A stretch of DNA of 64,000 nucleotides from Candidatus Omnitrophota bacterium (GCA_020429915.1 JAGQKV010000008.1:3338-67337); one strand, 5' to 3'; counted from the first letter of the stretch, positions 1 through 9,387 are shown. A program made the numbers and translations. The notes: a model not told the origin generated them from the letters alone.

Positions 1-79
1 CGCCCTGGAACACGAAAGTGCCCCGGCACAGGGACGGCCGGAGGCCGGCACGGTCATTTACGCGCGCCGGGGAGACAGC

Positions 80-421
80 GTGGTGATTACCTTGAGGATA
101 CCGGGAATCGGGGGACTGCTCAACGGGGCCAACATCTTTCTCAACGGTTACCGCCGCGACGTGCCCTTCGGCGATATGCCGAAGTACCGTATTCATGTGC
201 GCCGCGGGGGAACGGCCAAGGTCTATAACCGCCACAATCCGGTGATGGTCGAAGGTGTCACTGTTACGCGTCAGGGAAATGATCTCACGGTGACGGTGCC
301 GCTGGACATCCTGGAGCGGCCGGAATATATCCTGGCGTGTGTGCGCGGGGGACGGACCGACGGGCCCGACACGGCCACGGCCTGGCGCGTATTGGAGATT
401 CCCGATCATGAACGCCGGTGA
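80..421 (+). CDS. hypothetical protein; start uncertain, may extend upstream of the window
   Basis: 113-aa ORF in a high-GC region. Overlaps the start of the next gene by 14 nt. No recognisable motifs. Confidence 0.3.
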   Translation: MVITLRIPGIGGLLNGANIFLNGYRRDVPFGDMPKYRIHVRRGGTAKVYNRHNPVMVEGVTVTRQGNDLTVTVPLDILERPEYILACVRGGRTDGPDTATAWRVLEIPDHERR

Positions 422-1067
422 GGATATCAAGGTCCGCGCCTACGCGCCGGGCGACCGTGACACGGTGCGGCGCATCAGCCGGGACACCGCGTTCGCCGGA
501 CTGGCGCCGCACGGCATGGGCAAGGAGGAATGGCTGGCCGACGCGCTGACGCTGTATTTTACGGATTTCGAACCGCACTGCAGCTTTGTCGCGGTCCGGG
601 GGGAGGAAGTGCTGGGCTACGTGACGGGTGCCGTGGACGGCCGCCGAATGCGCCGGGTGACGCGGCGGCACATCGTGCCCCGGTTGATCGGGAGATTTAT
701 CACGTCCGGTTTTCTCTTCGATGCCTCCCGCCGCCACTTTGTTGGCGAAGGCCTGCGGTGTTGGGTCAAAGGCGAATTCCGGCGTCCGGGTTTCCGCCGC
801 GCGTATCCCGCGGAACTGCACATCAATCTCGACGCAGGGGCGCGCCGCCGGGGAGCAGGGCGCAAGTTAATCACGGCCTTCACCGAATACGCCCGGGCGC
901 AGGGGGTGATCGGCGTTCAGGTGAGCGTGCTGTCGGACCCCGCCCGCGACTTTTTCAAAGCGCAGGGTTTTGAAGTCCTGTATCAGACCGAACGCACCTT
1001 TCTGCAAAAGACCCGGGACGAGAAGTCCCCGTGGTATATAATGGGAAAGAAACTCACAGCCGAGTGA
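408..1067 (+). CDS. GNAT family N-acetyltransferase
   Basis: Internal ATG at 408 (MNAGEDIKVRAYAPGDRD...). Acetyl-CoA-binding-like motif HINLDAGARRRGAGRKL, followed by the typical GNAT C-terminal beta strands (QGVIGVQVSVL...FFKAQGFE). Confidence 0.65.
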   Translation: MNAGEDIKVRAYAPGDRDTVRRISRDTAFAGLAPHGMGKEEWLADALTLYFTDFEPHCSFVAVRGEEVLGYVTGAVDGRRMRRVTRRHIVPRLIGRFITSGFLFDASRRHFVGEGLRCWVKGEFRRPGFRRAYPAELHINLDAGARRRGAGRKLITAFTEYARAQGVIGVQVSVLSDPARDFFKAQGFEVLYQTERTFLQKTRDEKSPWYIMGKKLTAE

Positions 1068-1152
1068 CAATATTCGACGATGTCCATTAAGCCGTATAAG
1101 ATCTTCATCTGCTCCTGATCAATGAAAAAGGGGTTATCAAGTCAGGTAAACC

Positions 1153-1695
1153 ATGCCTTTAATCGGATTTTTGCTGTTCTGCGGAGTTTGGTTCTTTTCG
1201 GTAATTATGTTTACGGTCGGAAGGCAGTCGAAGTCCTGGATAATAAAGGGATTGTTCGGCATTCCCCTGGCAGCGACGGCCATATTGACCGTTACGATAG
1301 TTATTCTTTCGGTAATCGGATTCGTTATACAATTGCATCCGCCATCAGCCTTCCGGCAAGTATTCGGGCAGTGGCCCTCCGATCGGATTACCGACATTCG
1401 TATCGAAGACAGTTGTTTTCTTGACAGTTGTCACACTTATTTGGCATTTAAGACTGACTATAGGGAATTTCAGGAACTAGTGCCCGAGGGCATGGTAAGA
1501 CTGAGTTACGAGGAATACAATGAGAATATGCCTGGATCCAATCTTCATTCACCACGGTGGTGGCTGGGTGTTAATCCTCAAACGGAGGATATCCGGTTTA
1601 TACGCAGTAATAAGAATTTTGCCTCTGAGGTGACGACTATGACGTATGATGCCGAGACGAATACCGCGCAATATTTCTATCTCGGATTGGAGTAG
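1153..1695 (+). CDS. hypothetical membrane protein (AT-rich gene, likely foreign origin)
   Basis: Two N-terminal hydrophobic helices. Codon usage and GC clearly lower than the flanking genes. Confidence 0.5.
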   Translation: MPLIGFLLFCGVWFFSVIMFTVGRQSKSWIIKGLFGIPLAATAILTVTIVILSVIGFVIQLHPPSAFRQVFGQWPSDRITDIRIEDSCFLDSCHTYLAFKTDYREFQELVPEGMVRLSYEEYNENMPGSNLHSPRWWLGVNPQTEDIRFIRSNKNFASEVTTMTYDAETNTAQYFYLGLE

Positions 1696-1722
1696 AAGAA
1701 GGCGTATTAGAAAGGAGATTTT

Positions 1723-2217
1723 ATGTACACTCCCGACGACCAGGACAAAGTGGAAATCTTGCACGACGCGCCGCAGCCGAAGTCGACGGCGACGGACCCG
1801 GTGATCATGGCACAGGAGGACAAGCTGATCCTCGCCTACTATGAGACCGGTCCGCAGGGGCCGAGTTTCGGGGCGGACGAGGTGGCGATGGTGTGGTTCA
1901 AGGGGGTCGTCTCGCACATGTTCGGCCTGCCCACCGACGAGGTGATCGGCGGCCATCCGCTGGCCGGGCGCGGGCTGGAAAAATACCACGTGCACCGGGT
2001 TGAGAATTCCTCATGGCTGCGCGCCATGGAGAAAGTCCATTCCGTGCATCCGAAACACGACAGCGAGCGGTTCCTCAAGGGGATGAACCATTACATCTTC
2101 ACCTTCCACAACTCCACCTTCGAGTGCCTCGCCGAGAGCTTCCGCTTCAAGACGCATGAGACGCATATGGAGGCGGTGAGGCCGCGCATGTTGGAGGAAT
2201 TGCAGGAGCGAGATTGA
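1723..2217 (+). CDS. hypothetical protein
   Basis: 164-aa ORF preceded by AGGAGA RBS-like sequence (GAAAGGAGATTTTATG). Confidence 0.5.
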   Translation: MYTPDDQDKVEILHDAPQPKSTATDPVIMAQEDKLILAYYETGPQGPSFGADEVAMVWFKGVVSHMFGLPTDEVIGGHPLAGRGLEKYHVHRVENSSWLRAMEKVHSVHPKHDSERFLKGMNHYIFTFHNSTFECLAESFRFKTHETHMEAVRPRMLEELQERD

Positions 2218-2225
2218 GTGCGAGG

Positions 2226-2360
2226 GTGGTGAGTGATGTGTGGTGAGTGATGATATAACAGGCGCAGGTCGTAATACGACCATCACTCAGCACTCACCAC
2301 TTCACGCGCGGCATGGAAACATCACCCACGCGCATCGTGAAAACATCACCCACGCGCACG
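2226..2360. repeat. heptamer-periodic hairpin element, copy 1 (GTGATG type)
   Basis: Left arm GGTGGTGAGTGATGTGTGGTGAGTGATGAT (2226-2255) faces right arm CATCACTCAGCACTCACCAC (2281-2300). Loop contains the perfect 7-1-7 palindrome GGTCGTAATACGACC. Two downstream direct copies of AACATCACCCACGCGCA precede the ATG at 2374. Confidence 0.7.
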
Positions 2361-2373
2361 GAGAAAGGCAAAC

Positions 2374-3135
2374 ATGACCAAATACCCACTCCAAATACTC
2401 ATCCAACTGCTATTCACCCTAGTGATGTACGCCATGGCAGTACTATTCTTCGGCATCTCGCTGATGCCGGGGCTTGCGATTCTACTGAAGACCTGGGACG
2501 CGGTACACACCGCGTCGCTGTGGCAGAAGACGATGTGCCTGGGCTTCGCGCTGTCCGCCGGGTTTTTCCTGTTCGGGATCACGCTGGTCCTTTTGGTGGG
2601 GACGTTCCGGATGGTGTCGGGCCTGAAGCTCAAGGAGGGCGAGTACAAGATGCACGAGCTCGAGGCGTTGAAGTGGAGTTTTCTGAGCTGTCTGTATTCG
2701 ATGATCCGTTATACCTTTATCGACTTTATCCTGCTGACGCCGTTTGCGAATCTGCTGTTCCGGATGCTCGGGGCGAAGATGGGCAAGAACGTGGCGATCA
2801 ATTCGTCGTTCGTGTTCGACCATTCGCTGCTGGAGATCGACGACGGCGCGGTGATCGGCGGCGGCGCGATCATCGACGCGCACATCTTCGAGCGCGGGAA
2901 GCTCATACTAAGGAAGGTCAAGATCGGCAAACAGGCCCTGCTGGGCTCGCACTGCACCCTGATGCCGGGCTGTGAAATAGGGGACAAGGCGATCATCTCG
3001 GCGAACGCCTTGTTGCTCAAAGATTCAAAGGTGGAGCCGAGGGATATTTGGGTTGGCATCCCGGCGGAGTCTCTGCGCGCTAAGAAGCGCGCGGAGAGAA
3101 ATAAGCGCAAAGAGCGGGAGGGTGATGATACTTGA
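2374..3135 (+). CDS. hexapeptide-repeat (left-handed beta-helix) acyltransferase with N-terminal membrane segment
   Basis: C-terminal imperfect hexapeptide repeats (NVAINSSFVFDHSLLEIDDGAVIGGGAIIDAHIFERG...IGKQALLGSHCTLMPGCEIGDKAIISANALL). N-terminal 100 aa hydrophobic. Confidence 0.6.
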   Translation: MTKYPLQILIQLLFTLVMYAMAVLFFGISLMPGLAILLKTWDAVHTASLWQKTMCLGFALSAGFFLFGITLVLLVGTFRMVSGLKLKEGEYKMHELEALKWSFLSCLYSMIRYTFIDFILLTPFANLLFRMLGAKMGKNVAINSSFVFDHSLLEIDDGAVIGGGAIIDAHIFERGKLILRKVKIGKQALLGSHCTLMPGCEIGDKAIISANALLLKDSKVEPRDIWVGIPAESLRAKKRAERNKRKEREGDDT

Positions 3136-3223
3136 GTGATGATTTGACAGGCACAGGTTGTAATACGACCATCACCCAGCACTCACCACTTCTTCCACTC
3201 CATAGAACCATCACCCACGCGAA
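3121..3223. repeat. heptamer-periodic hairpin element, copy 2 (GTGATG type)
   Basis: Left arm GGTGATGATACTTGAGTGATGAT, right arm ATCACCCAGCACTCACCAC. Loop ACAGGCACAGGTTGTAATACGACC is nearly identical to the copy-1 loop. Downstream ACCATCACCCACGCGA lies before the ATG at 3235. Confidence 0.7.
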
Positions 3224-3234
3224 ATATACGCACC

Positions 3235-3699
3235 ATGAGCGACCTGATACAAGCCAACGAAACCACTCTGAAAAAAGCCGATCTGTCCGTCCGCATACTC
3301 CAGTTTGCGATCATCTTGACCGGCATCGGCTTCACCTGTATGCTGGCTTTGATCGGGGCCGCGCAGAAGTGGCCGGCATTGCTCCTGGCGGCCGGTTACA
3401 TCGTTTATCTGGTCAACGAACGCTCCGCCTTTGATCGTATCCGGGATGATATCACCCGGGAACCCGCGGCGGCCTGCAAACTCCGGTGCGTCAAACGCAC
3501 ACTGACCCAGGCCCTGGTCGGCGGGCCGGTGGTCATCGCCTTTATCGCCCTGTTCGTGCACAGCGTCAGTGATATCCCGGCGTGGACCGTGGCGCTGCCG
3601 CTGGCCGTGATGTGCGCGGCGGACTTCACCGCGGCACAGGTCCTGTTCAGAAAATTTGACGACGGTACCATTCAACCCTATCAGCAAGAGGAATCATAA
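3235..3699 (+). CDS. hypothetical membrane protein
   Basis: 154 aa with three or four predicted transmembrane helices. Stop overlaps the next start (ATAATG). Confidence 0.5.
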   Translation: MSDLIQANETTLKKADLSVRILQFAIILTGIGFTCMLALIGAAQKWPALLLAAGYIVYLVNERSAFDRIRDDITREPAAACKLRCVKRTLTQALVGGPVVIAFIALFVHSVSDIPAWTVALPLAVMCAADFTAAQVLFRKFDDGTIQPYQQEES

Positions 3700-4445
3700 T
3701 GCACATCGGCCGCACCCGTTTTCGCCGGCAAATCCTGACCGAGTTCGCCGCACCCAAGGACAAAAAGTCCGGCAAGGTTGTGATCTTTTGCGCAGGCGTG
3801 CCGGGCGCACCGGAGAAGGACGAGGTCCTCGAATACTTTGCCAGGAAGGGCTACTGGGCGTTCTTTCCGCGCTACCGCGGCTGCTGGGAGAGCCACGGAA
3901 AGTTCCTCAAGCATTCGCTCGAGTACGATGTCTTTGCCGTGATCGACGCGATGCAAAAGCGATTTAAAGATTTCTGGACGGACAAAAGTTACCGGGTGAA
4001 ACCGGAACATATCACTGTGGTGGGTTCGAGCTTCGGCGGGCCGGCCGCGATTCTGGCCACGCTGGATGAACGCGTGGACAAAGCGGTGTGCATCTCGCCG
4101 GTGGTCGACTGGGTCGCCGAGGACAAGGACGATCCGCTGGAGAATCTCTACAAACTTATCCGCAAGGCCTTCGGCGGGGTGTACCGCATCGACAAGAAGA
4201 ACTGGAACCGGCTGAAAGACGGGGATTTTTACAATCCGCTGCCGCACATCGACAAATTCGATAAAGACAAGATCATGATCTTCCACGCCGAAGACGACAC
4301 CATCGTCAAATACAAACCCGTGGCCAAATTCGCCGACAAACTCGGCTGCAAGCTGACCACCTTCGAAAAGGGAGGCCACCTGTCGTCGTCATTATTATGC
4401 AGCGCGGCGAGTTTCCGTAAGGTGGAGCGATTTCTACACAAATAA
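3699..4445 (+). CDS. alpha/beta hydrolase fold protein
   Basis: Nucleophile-elbow GxSxG (VVGSSFGGPAA). Typical size and layout for a dienelactone-hydrolase or esterase-like enzyme. Confidence 0.6.
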   Translation: MHIGRTRFRRQILTEFAAPKDKKSGKVVIFCAGVPGAPEKDEVLEYFARKGYWAFFPRYRGCWESHGKFLKHSLEYDVFAVIDAMQKRFKDFWTDKSYRVKPEHITVVGSSFGGPAAILATLDERVDKAVCISPVVDWVAEDKDDPLENLYKLIRKAFGGVYRIDKKNWNRLKDGDFYNPLPHIDKFDKDKIMIFHAEDDTIVKYKPVAKFADKLGCKLTTFEKGGHLSSSLLCSAASFRKVERFLHK

Positions 4446-4483
4446 GGGCTCGCCCATCACAACCGACAGGACATAAGGAAACA

Positions 4484-5209
4484 ATGCGCCAAATTTACGT
4501 TTTTTCAGTCATGATCCTGGTCGCCAGCATGTGCCTGGCCCGCGCGGACACCGTCCACGCCCAGGAGAAGCGCCGGGTGTTTCAGCACCGGGGGGTGTGG
4601 GTGGAGAATATCGGCGTCTGTCCCACGGAGATGACCGACCGGATTATCGATCACTTCAAAGAAAAAGGCCGGCAGGTGCGGCTGATCAATATCAATCCAT
4701 ACAACCCCAACCCAAACAAAGACTGCAAACAGGATTCGCTCTTTTTGGTGCATTTGAAAAAACGGGGCACCGAGTTCCCTTACGAAGGGTACACGCGCTA
4801 TATCGAACGCAACGGCAGTTTTATTGAGCATTCGTGGGGGGAAGTCGAGGCCCTGCCGTTTCATCTCGATGATCCGCTGCAGCGTGTCTTTGAGGTTATC
4901 AAGGGCAGCACGTTTATGACGCAGTTGAATTCACACGGCGTCCTGCTGCAAGACGGAACCCGGATCGGCAAGAATGACATGAAGGCAATCATCGAGGAAA
5001 TCCACATGGCGTACCGGCCGGGCATCGAACGGCACATCGACGGGCCGGTCCGGCTCAAGGAAGACACCGGCGGTCTGGTGACCGCTTCCTTTATGACGGG
5101 GAAGGGCCGGCCGGTATGGTACAAACTGAGCAAGGAAGCGGGGTGGTGGAGCATCCTGGACAGCTCGGAGAGCCGCGGCCGGGTGCAGATGCCGTTGCCG
5201 GGAAGTTAG
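4484..5209 (+). CDS. hypothetical secreted protein
   Basis: N-terminal signal peptide (MRQIYVFSVMILVASMCLARADTVHA). Confidence 0.5.
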   Translation: MRQIYVFSVMILVASMCLARADTVHAQEKRRVFQHRGVWVENIGVCPTEMTDRIIDHFKEKGRQVRLININPYNPNPNKDCKQDSLFLVHLKKRGTEFPYEGYTRYIERNGSFIEHSWGEVEALPFHLDDPLQRVFEVIKGSTFMTQLNSHGVLLQDGTRIGKNDMKAIIEEIHMAYRPGIERHIDGPVRLKEDTGGLVTASFMTGKGRPVWYKLSKEAGWWSILDSSESRGRVQMPLPGS

Positions 5210-5232
5210 TCGAAGCGGATTCCGTCGACGTG

Positions 5233-5365
5233 TTTAGTGATGATACAGGATGCGAGGGCATAAGGACAGTCCTGCGAAGGTGCCAGTACATTTCAACCCG
5301 CACCTGATACGATCATCACTCAGCACACATCACTCCTCCCGCAGCCTGAAGACATCACCCGGAGG
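5233..5365. repeat. heptamer-periodic hairpin element, copy 3 (GTGATG type)
   Basis: Left arm TTTAGTGATGATACAGG, right arm CCTGATACGATCATCACTCAGCACACATCAC. Inner palindrome AGGACAGTCCT. Downstream GACATCACCCGGAGG. Confidence 0.65.
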
Positions 5366-5371
5366 CAATTC

Positions 5372-5402
5372 TTGACTTTTTCCGATCCCCGGGGGCTATT
5401 AG
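5372..5402 (+). promoter_or_regulatory. candidate promoter (TTGACT - 19 nt - TATTAG) with embedded palindrome CCCCCGGGGG
   Basis: Read directly. Spacer is longer than optimal. Lies between hairpin copy 3 and the ATG at 5418. Confidence 0.25.
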
Positions 5403-5417
5403 TGCTATTCTAGTAGC

Positions 5418-5726
5418 ATGCGCATGTACCCATGCCCCTCCTGCCAACAAGACGGCATCACCTGGTTCGGCCGCCGGTATTCGGTCAAGCCGATGCCCAC
5501 CCAGTGCCGTCATTGCAAACGCCATTTCTATCCCAAGCGCCGCGCCGACAAATATCCCCGGGAACTGATCGTGATGGAAGTCCTGTTTTGGGCGGCGTTT
5601 TTGCTCGGTGTCGGATTCAAATTCATCGGCTTCTGGCGCGGCGCCCTCCTGCTGGCCGCCTACGCCTGGCTGAGCGGGGTGATTGCGGAGAAAGTGACGT
5701 ATATGGTGCCAGGTGGCGAGGAGTAG
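5418..5726 (+). CDS. small zinc-ribbon membrane protein, hypothetical
   Basis: Two CxxC pairs (CPSCQQ...CRHCKRH) followed by two hydrophobic helices. Confidence 0.45.
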   Translation: MRMYPCPSCQQDGITWFGRRYSVKPMPTQCRHCKRHFYPKRRADKYPRELIVMEVLFWAAFLLGVGFKFIGFWRGALLLAAYAWLSGVIAEKVTYMVPGGEE

Positions 5727-5735
5727 GGATCGGTG

Positions 5736-5846
5736 ATTTGTGATTTGAACAGTTTTCCAAAGTAAGTTGGGATTTCACTCATAAATTTTATCCTAATTCC
5801 AAATTGGCCCAACGGGAGTAATTCCCAATCACTAATCACCAATCCC
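5736..5846. repeat. heptamer-periodic hairpin element, copy 4 (GTGATT type)
   Basis: Left arm GGGATCGGTGATTTGTGATTTG, right arm ATTCCCAATCACTAATCACCAATCCC. Loop carries AGTTGGGATT and TTGGCCCAACGGG. Confidence 0.65.
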
Positions 5847-5902
5847 TAACAGGCCTCAAAGTCCGCTATATGCTATACTATATCCACACCAAGGAGCCTG
5901 AT

Positions 5903-6331
5903 ATGCGTTCATATTTGATATTACTCGCCGTAGTGAGCCTGTGCGCCGGCTGCGCGACGATGCATGAGCCGGAACTGACTGCGGACCAGGTCAGGCAGAT
6001 CGATCTGGCAACAGGCGACCAGACGGCCACGGTGCTGGTCAAGGCCCGGCCGGCCGGACAGCAGCAGCTGACGACGTTTTATCAGATCGATATTCCGGAC
6101 CTCGAACCGGTCCTCGTCTTTAAGGAAAGCAATACCGTGCTGCGGCTCGACGCGGGCACGGTCCCGGTGACGATCACGGCGGTGACCGGCAAGGACAAGT
6201 TCGCGGCCCGCGGTGACTTCTTCGGCAAACCCAGCCGCCGCGTTCTCAACCTCAAACCCGGCGACCGCGTTATCTTGGAGTACACGGGACCGTATTGGAT
6301 GGGGGATTCTGGCAGGCTATACGCGAAGTGA
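5903..6331 (+). CDS. hypothetical lipoprotein
   Basis: Strong RBS AAGGAG 6 nt before the ATG at 5903. Lipobox LCAGC. The upstream in-frame ATG at 5870 lacks an RBS. Confidence 0.5.
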   Translation: MRSYLILLAVVSLCAGCATMHEPELTADQVRQIDLATGDQTATVLVKARPAGQQQLTTFYQIDIPDLEPVLVFKESNTVLRLDAGTVPVTITAVTGKDKFAARGDFFGKPSRRVLNLKPGDRVILEYTGPYWMGDSGRLYAK

Positions 6332-6347
6332 GAGTCAGGGGGGTGAG

Positions 6348-6517
6348 TTGGGATTGGTGATTAGGGATTGGGGATTTGGAGATTGGACCGTTACTCAATG
6401 CAGCGATTTGGGGGCGGTCGCCATTCCGAATGCGGATTACAAGATTGTAATCTCCACACCCACGGCACATCCTGAAAGCAAACTGTTCAAATCCCCAATC
6501 ACAAATCACTAATCCCC
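6348..6517. repeat. heptamer-periodic hairpin element, copy 5 (GTGATT type)
   Basis: Left arm GTTGGGATTGGTGATTAGGGATTGGGGATTTGGAGATTGG (five 7-bp units), right arm CAAATCCCCAATCACAAATCACTAATCCCC. Loop contains the perfect palindrome GGATTACAAGATTGTAATCC. Confidence 0.7.
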
Positions 6518-6543
6518 AGTAAGCTCTATTCAAAACTATCCGC

Positions 6544-6978
6544 ATGACCCTACAGCTACATCCGACATTTCTACAATTCCTCCCCCACTTCTGGCAAAAC
6601 TACTATCTCGCCACCCCGCTGTTCGTGGTGCTCGACGCGATTTTCGGCATCAGTCTGCGGATTCCGTTTCTCGACAACGCGCCTGTGCTAAAATACATTT
6701 ACTACGCGATGATTTTTTGCTTCGGCCTCGTGATACGCCGCTGGCCGGACACGGCCAAGGGGATTTCGCTGGCCGAATGTTCGGTGTGCGTGACGCTGAC
6801 CTGCGTCGGCTTTTTGGTCCCGCTGTACTGTCACGACTGGAGCCTGGAGGCGATCGAGCACGCGCGGGATTATTACAACTGGAAAACGATTACCAACTTC
6901 GCGGTGACTGGCGGGTTGTTGTATTATTGGTTTTATCAGGCGCAGATTAGATTTAAAATTAACGGTACTGTGGAATGA
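6544..6978 (+). CDS. hypothetical membrane protein
   Basis: 144 aa with four predicted transmembrane helices. Moderately AT-rich. Confidence 0.45.
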   Translation: MTLQLHPTFLQFLPHFWQNYYLATPLFVVLDAIFGISLRIPFLDNAPVLKYIYYAMIFCFGLVIRRWPDTAKGISLAECSVCVTLTCVGFLVPLYCHDWSLEAIEHARDYYNWKTITNFAVTGGLLYYWFYQAQIRFKINGTVE

Positions 6979-7098
6979 ATGATGGTATGGCTTGCATGGG
7001 CGAATGTTAGGTACGATTTTCTCTCATTAAACTGAATTTATAATTGAACCGGTTGTTCTACTGTGACGCCTGGTTTAAATTCGACTCAGTAAGGCTTT

Positions 7099-7578
7099 AT
7101 GAACAATCAGGAGATTAAAAAGGAAATAAACGCGTTTGTGCTTTTGATTGAACACGGCGCCGGAAGTTCAGTCGAGAACTTCAAGGAACTGCTACGTGTG
7201 CTCGACGCTTTGGCATTGGCAATACATTATGTGAAATATACCTACGACGAAAATGAATTACCCGATCCACCCCGGAGGAGTTACGAGGATGACCGGAAGC
7301 TGGCGACTGAGCGATTTCCTGATTTTGGTCATTACAACCGTGTACTCAATGTCGTGGAAAAATTAGGGCACCCAGATTTCGGAATGGGTGACGCTTTCGA
7401 TGATATAACGGATATTTATGGAGAAATGAAAATGGTACAGTGGCGATGGGACCATAATGGTCCGGATGATGCCTTGTGGTGTTTTAGCGACATGTATGGT
7501 TTTCATTGGAAACGGCATTTAAGAAACTTACAGCTCTATTTGTGTGAATGGATGGACTCAGATGGCGACGGAAAGTAG
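7099..7578 (+). CDS. hypothetical protein (AT-rich, acidic, Trp-rich; immunity-protein-like)
   Basis: 159 aa. Visibly lower GC than its surroundings. No enzymatic motifs. Confidence 0.45.
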   Translation: MNNQEIKKEINAFVLLIEHGAGSSVENFKELLRVLDALALAIHYVKYTYDENELPDPPRRSYEDDRKLATERFPDFGHYNRVLNVVEKLGHPDFGMGDAFDDITDIYGEMKMVQWRWDHNGPDDALWCFSDMYGFHWKRHLRNLQLYLCEWMDSDGDGK

Positions 7579-7996
7579 ACTTTTGTTTGTCGATTTACAG
7601 AACGATGAAGACGCCATGCATATTGCCGTGTGGGCGGCCAACGGTAATTTTCAGGGGATGCAGGATATCTATATTTACCGGGAACAGCTGAATGACTGGG
7701 CCTGCGAGCTGACTGAATTCGGAAAGACACCCCAAGACAAGGCGGTCTTTGAATACGGCAGCGACGATCCCAACTTTTATGCCCGGCTGCGCCTGACCGC
7801 CTTCATCTACGAATCCCGGGGCGCCTCTGCGCTGGAGGTGTTGATCGACAATCATTCCGAAAGCCCGTACCAATGCCGGGTGGAATTCTGTATCTTCTGC
7901 GCCCCGGCCGAACTCAATGAATTAGGCGCGATGATTCTCGATTGGGACACCGGTAAGAACCTGATGATGGAATGGACCGTGGAGAATTCGGTGTGA
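7562..7996 (+). CDS. hypothetical protein (acidic; immunity-protein-like). Start is either 7544 or 7562
   Basis: ORF 7544-7996. Starting at the second ATG (7562) avoids most of the overlap with the upstream gene. Confidence 0.4.
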   Translation: MATESRLLFVDLQNDEDAMHIAVWAANGNFQGMQDIYIYREQLNDWACELTEFGKTPQDKAVFEYGSDDPNFYARLRLTAFIYESRGASALEVLIDNHSESPYQCRVEFCIFCAPAELNELGAMILDWDTGKNLMMEWTVENSV

Positions 7997-9387
7997 AGAG
8001 GGCCGTGATCATCATCTTGGGCGTGTGCATCCTGTTCGGGGCGCTGGCCGTTACGCGCAATCCGTACAACCGCGATTGGACGCGCGGTGAACTCAGTCAC
8101 GTGGTGGCTTACAATCTGTGCACCACCGGAAAAATGTTCCCCGACGCCCCGTACGTCGCGCGGCCGCCGGGCTACATTTATTTTATCGCCGCGGTGTTCT
8201 CCGCGTCCGAATTTCTAGCCCCGCAATTTTGCTTTATGGAGACGCCGGAAGGTCATGTCCCGGTGAAAACCAATTTGCTGGTCGCGCTCTTCATCGCGCA
8301 GATATTCGTCCACGCGGCGAACGCCGTCCTTCTTTATTTATGGGCAGGCAGGTTGATGGACCGGCGGATGGCGCTGGTGATCGCGTTGTGTTTCGGCACG
8401 AGCGTCTACTGGTTGTTGCAAATCGCGTCGGTCCATTATGCCGTATGGCATCTTTTCTGGGTGCTTGCGGCCGGATATACCTGGACGCTGGCCTGGCAGG
8501 AACGCGAGCGCTCCCTGATGATGGGGCTGAGCGGACTTCTGTGGGGAATCGCCACGCTGGTGCGTCCGGTGACGCTGTTGTTGCCGTTGTTCGCCGTCCC
8601 GGCGGCCGTGATCGCGGGCCGGGGGGACAAACACTGGGTGATCCGTTTCACCCTGCTGATCATTCTGGGCATGGCTGTGTTCATCGGGCCGAACACGCTG
8701 AGGAATTACCGGCTGACCGGCCGCTGGATTCCGGTCAACGCACAGGCCGCGGCGGCGCTGTGGGGCGGGACCGAACCGCATCCGGGAATCTCTCCCAAGC
8801 ACTATTTCTGGCCGCGGCTGCTGCCGGAATTCGAGCGGATCTATCGCGGCGTGACCGGCGACAATTATACCTATGCGGGTTATGTGCGGCACAACCTCGC
8901 TCTGGAAGATGCCTTCCGCCGTGAGGCGTGGCGCAATATCCGGGAACGGCCCGGTGTTTACGCCGGAAATGTCCTGACAAATTTAAAACTCTTCGCCGTG
9001 GGTGTCGACTCCGGAATCCTGAACGGGTATCTGGCCCGCAGACATGGGGAGGACAGAACGGCGACGACGCGGCCTTTCGACGCGCTAATGATTTTACTGA
9101 CGGTGCTGGCCGGACTGGCGGGGTACGCGGCGTTACGGGCTCGGGATACCCGGCTGCTGGTCCCGGCGGCGGTCCTGTTGTGCTACGGACTGGGCCATGC
9201 CCTGACTTATCTGGACATCAATTATTATTATTTCAAGCAGCCGTTCCTGTATCTGGGGGCGGGTTATCTGCTCAGCCGGTTGTGCTGTTCGTCCGACCGG
9301 CCGGGAGCGGGGTGGCGGATCGCGGGATACGTCATGACGGGCGCCGTGATTTGTGTAACGGCGATGTCCTGGAGGATATTCTTCTAG
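7993..9387 (+). CDS. polytopic membrane glycosyltransferase candidate (ArnT/PMT-like, GT39/GT83-type)
   Basis: About 12 transmembrane helices. PPGYIYFIAAVF-type motif near the first loop. GTG start at 7993 with GGAGA RBS; an alternative ATG start lies at 7972. Confidence 0.45.
   Translation: MKRAVIIILGVCILFGALAVTRNPYNRDWTRGELSHVVAYNLCTTGKMFPDAPYVARPPGYIYFIAAVFSASEFLAPQFCFMETPEGHVPVKTNLLVALFIAQIFVHAANAVLLYLWAGRLMDRRMALVIALCFGTSVYWLLQIASVHYAVWHLFWVLAAGYTWTLAWQERERSLMMGLSGLLWGIATLVRPVTLLLPLFAVPAAVIAGRGDKHWVIRFTLLIILGMAVFIGPNTLRNYRLTGRWIPVNAQAAAALWGGTEPHPGISPKHYFWPRLLPEFERIYRGVTGDNYTYAGYVRHNLALEDAFRREAWRNIRERPGVYAGNVLTNLKLFAVGVDSGILNGYLARRHGEDRTATTRPFDALMILLTVLAGLAGYAALRARDTRLLVPAAVLLCYGLGHALTYLDINYYYFKQPFLYLGAGYLLSRLCCSSDRPGAGWRIAGYVMTGAVICVTAMSWRIFF

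Noticed and set aside
8118-8924. 268-aa ORF in an alternate frame overlapping the GT39-like membrane-protein gene
   Set aside because: Arg/Gly/Ala-rich low-complexity translation. The 7993-9387 frame gives about 12 clean transmembrane helices.
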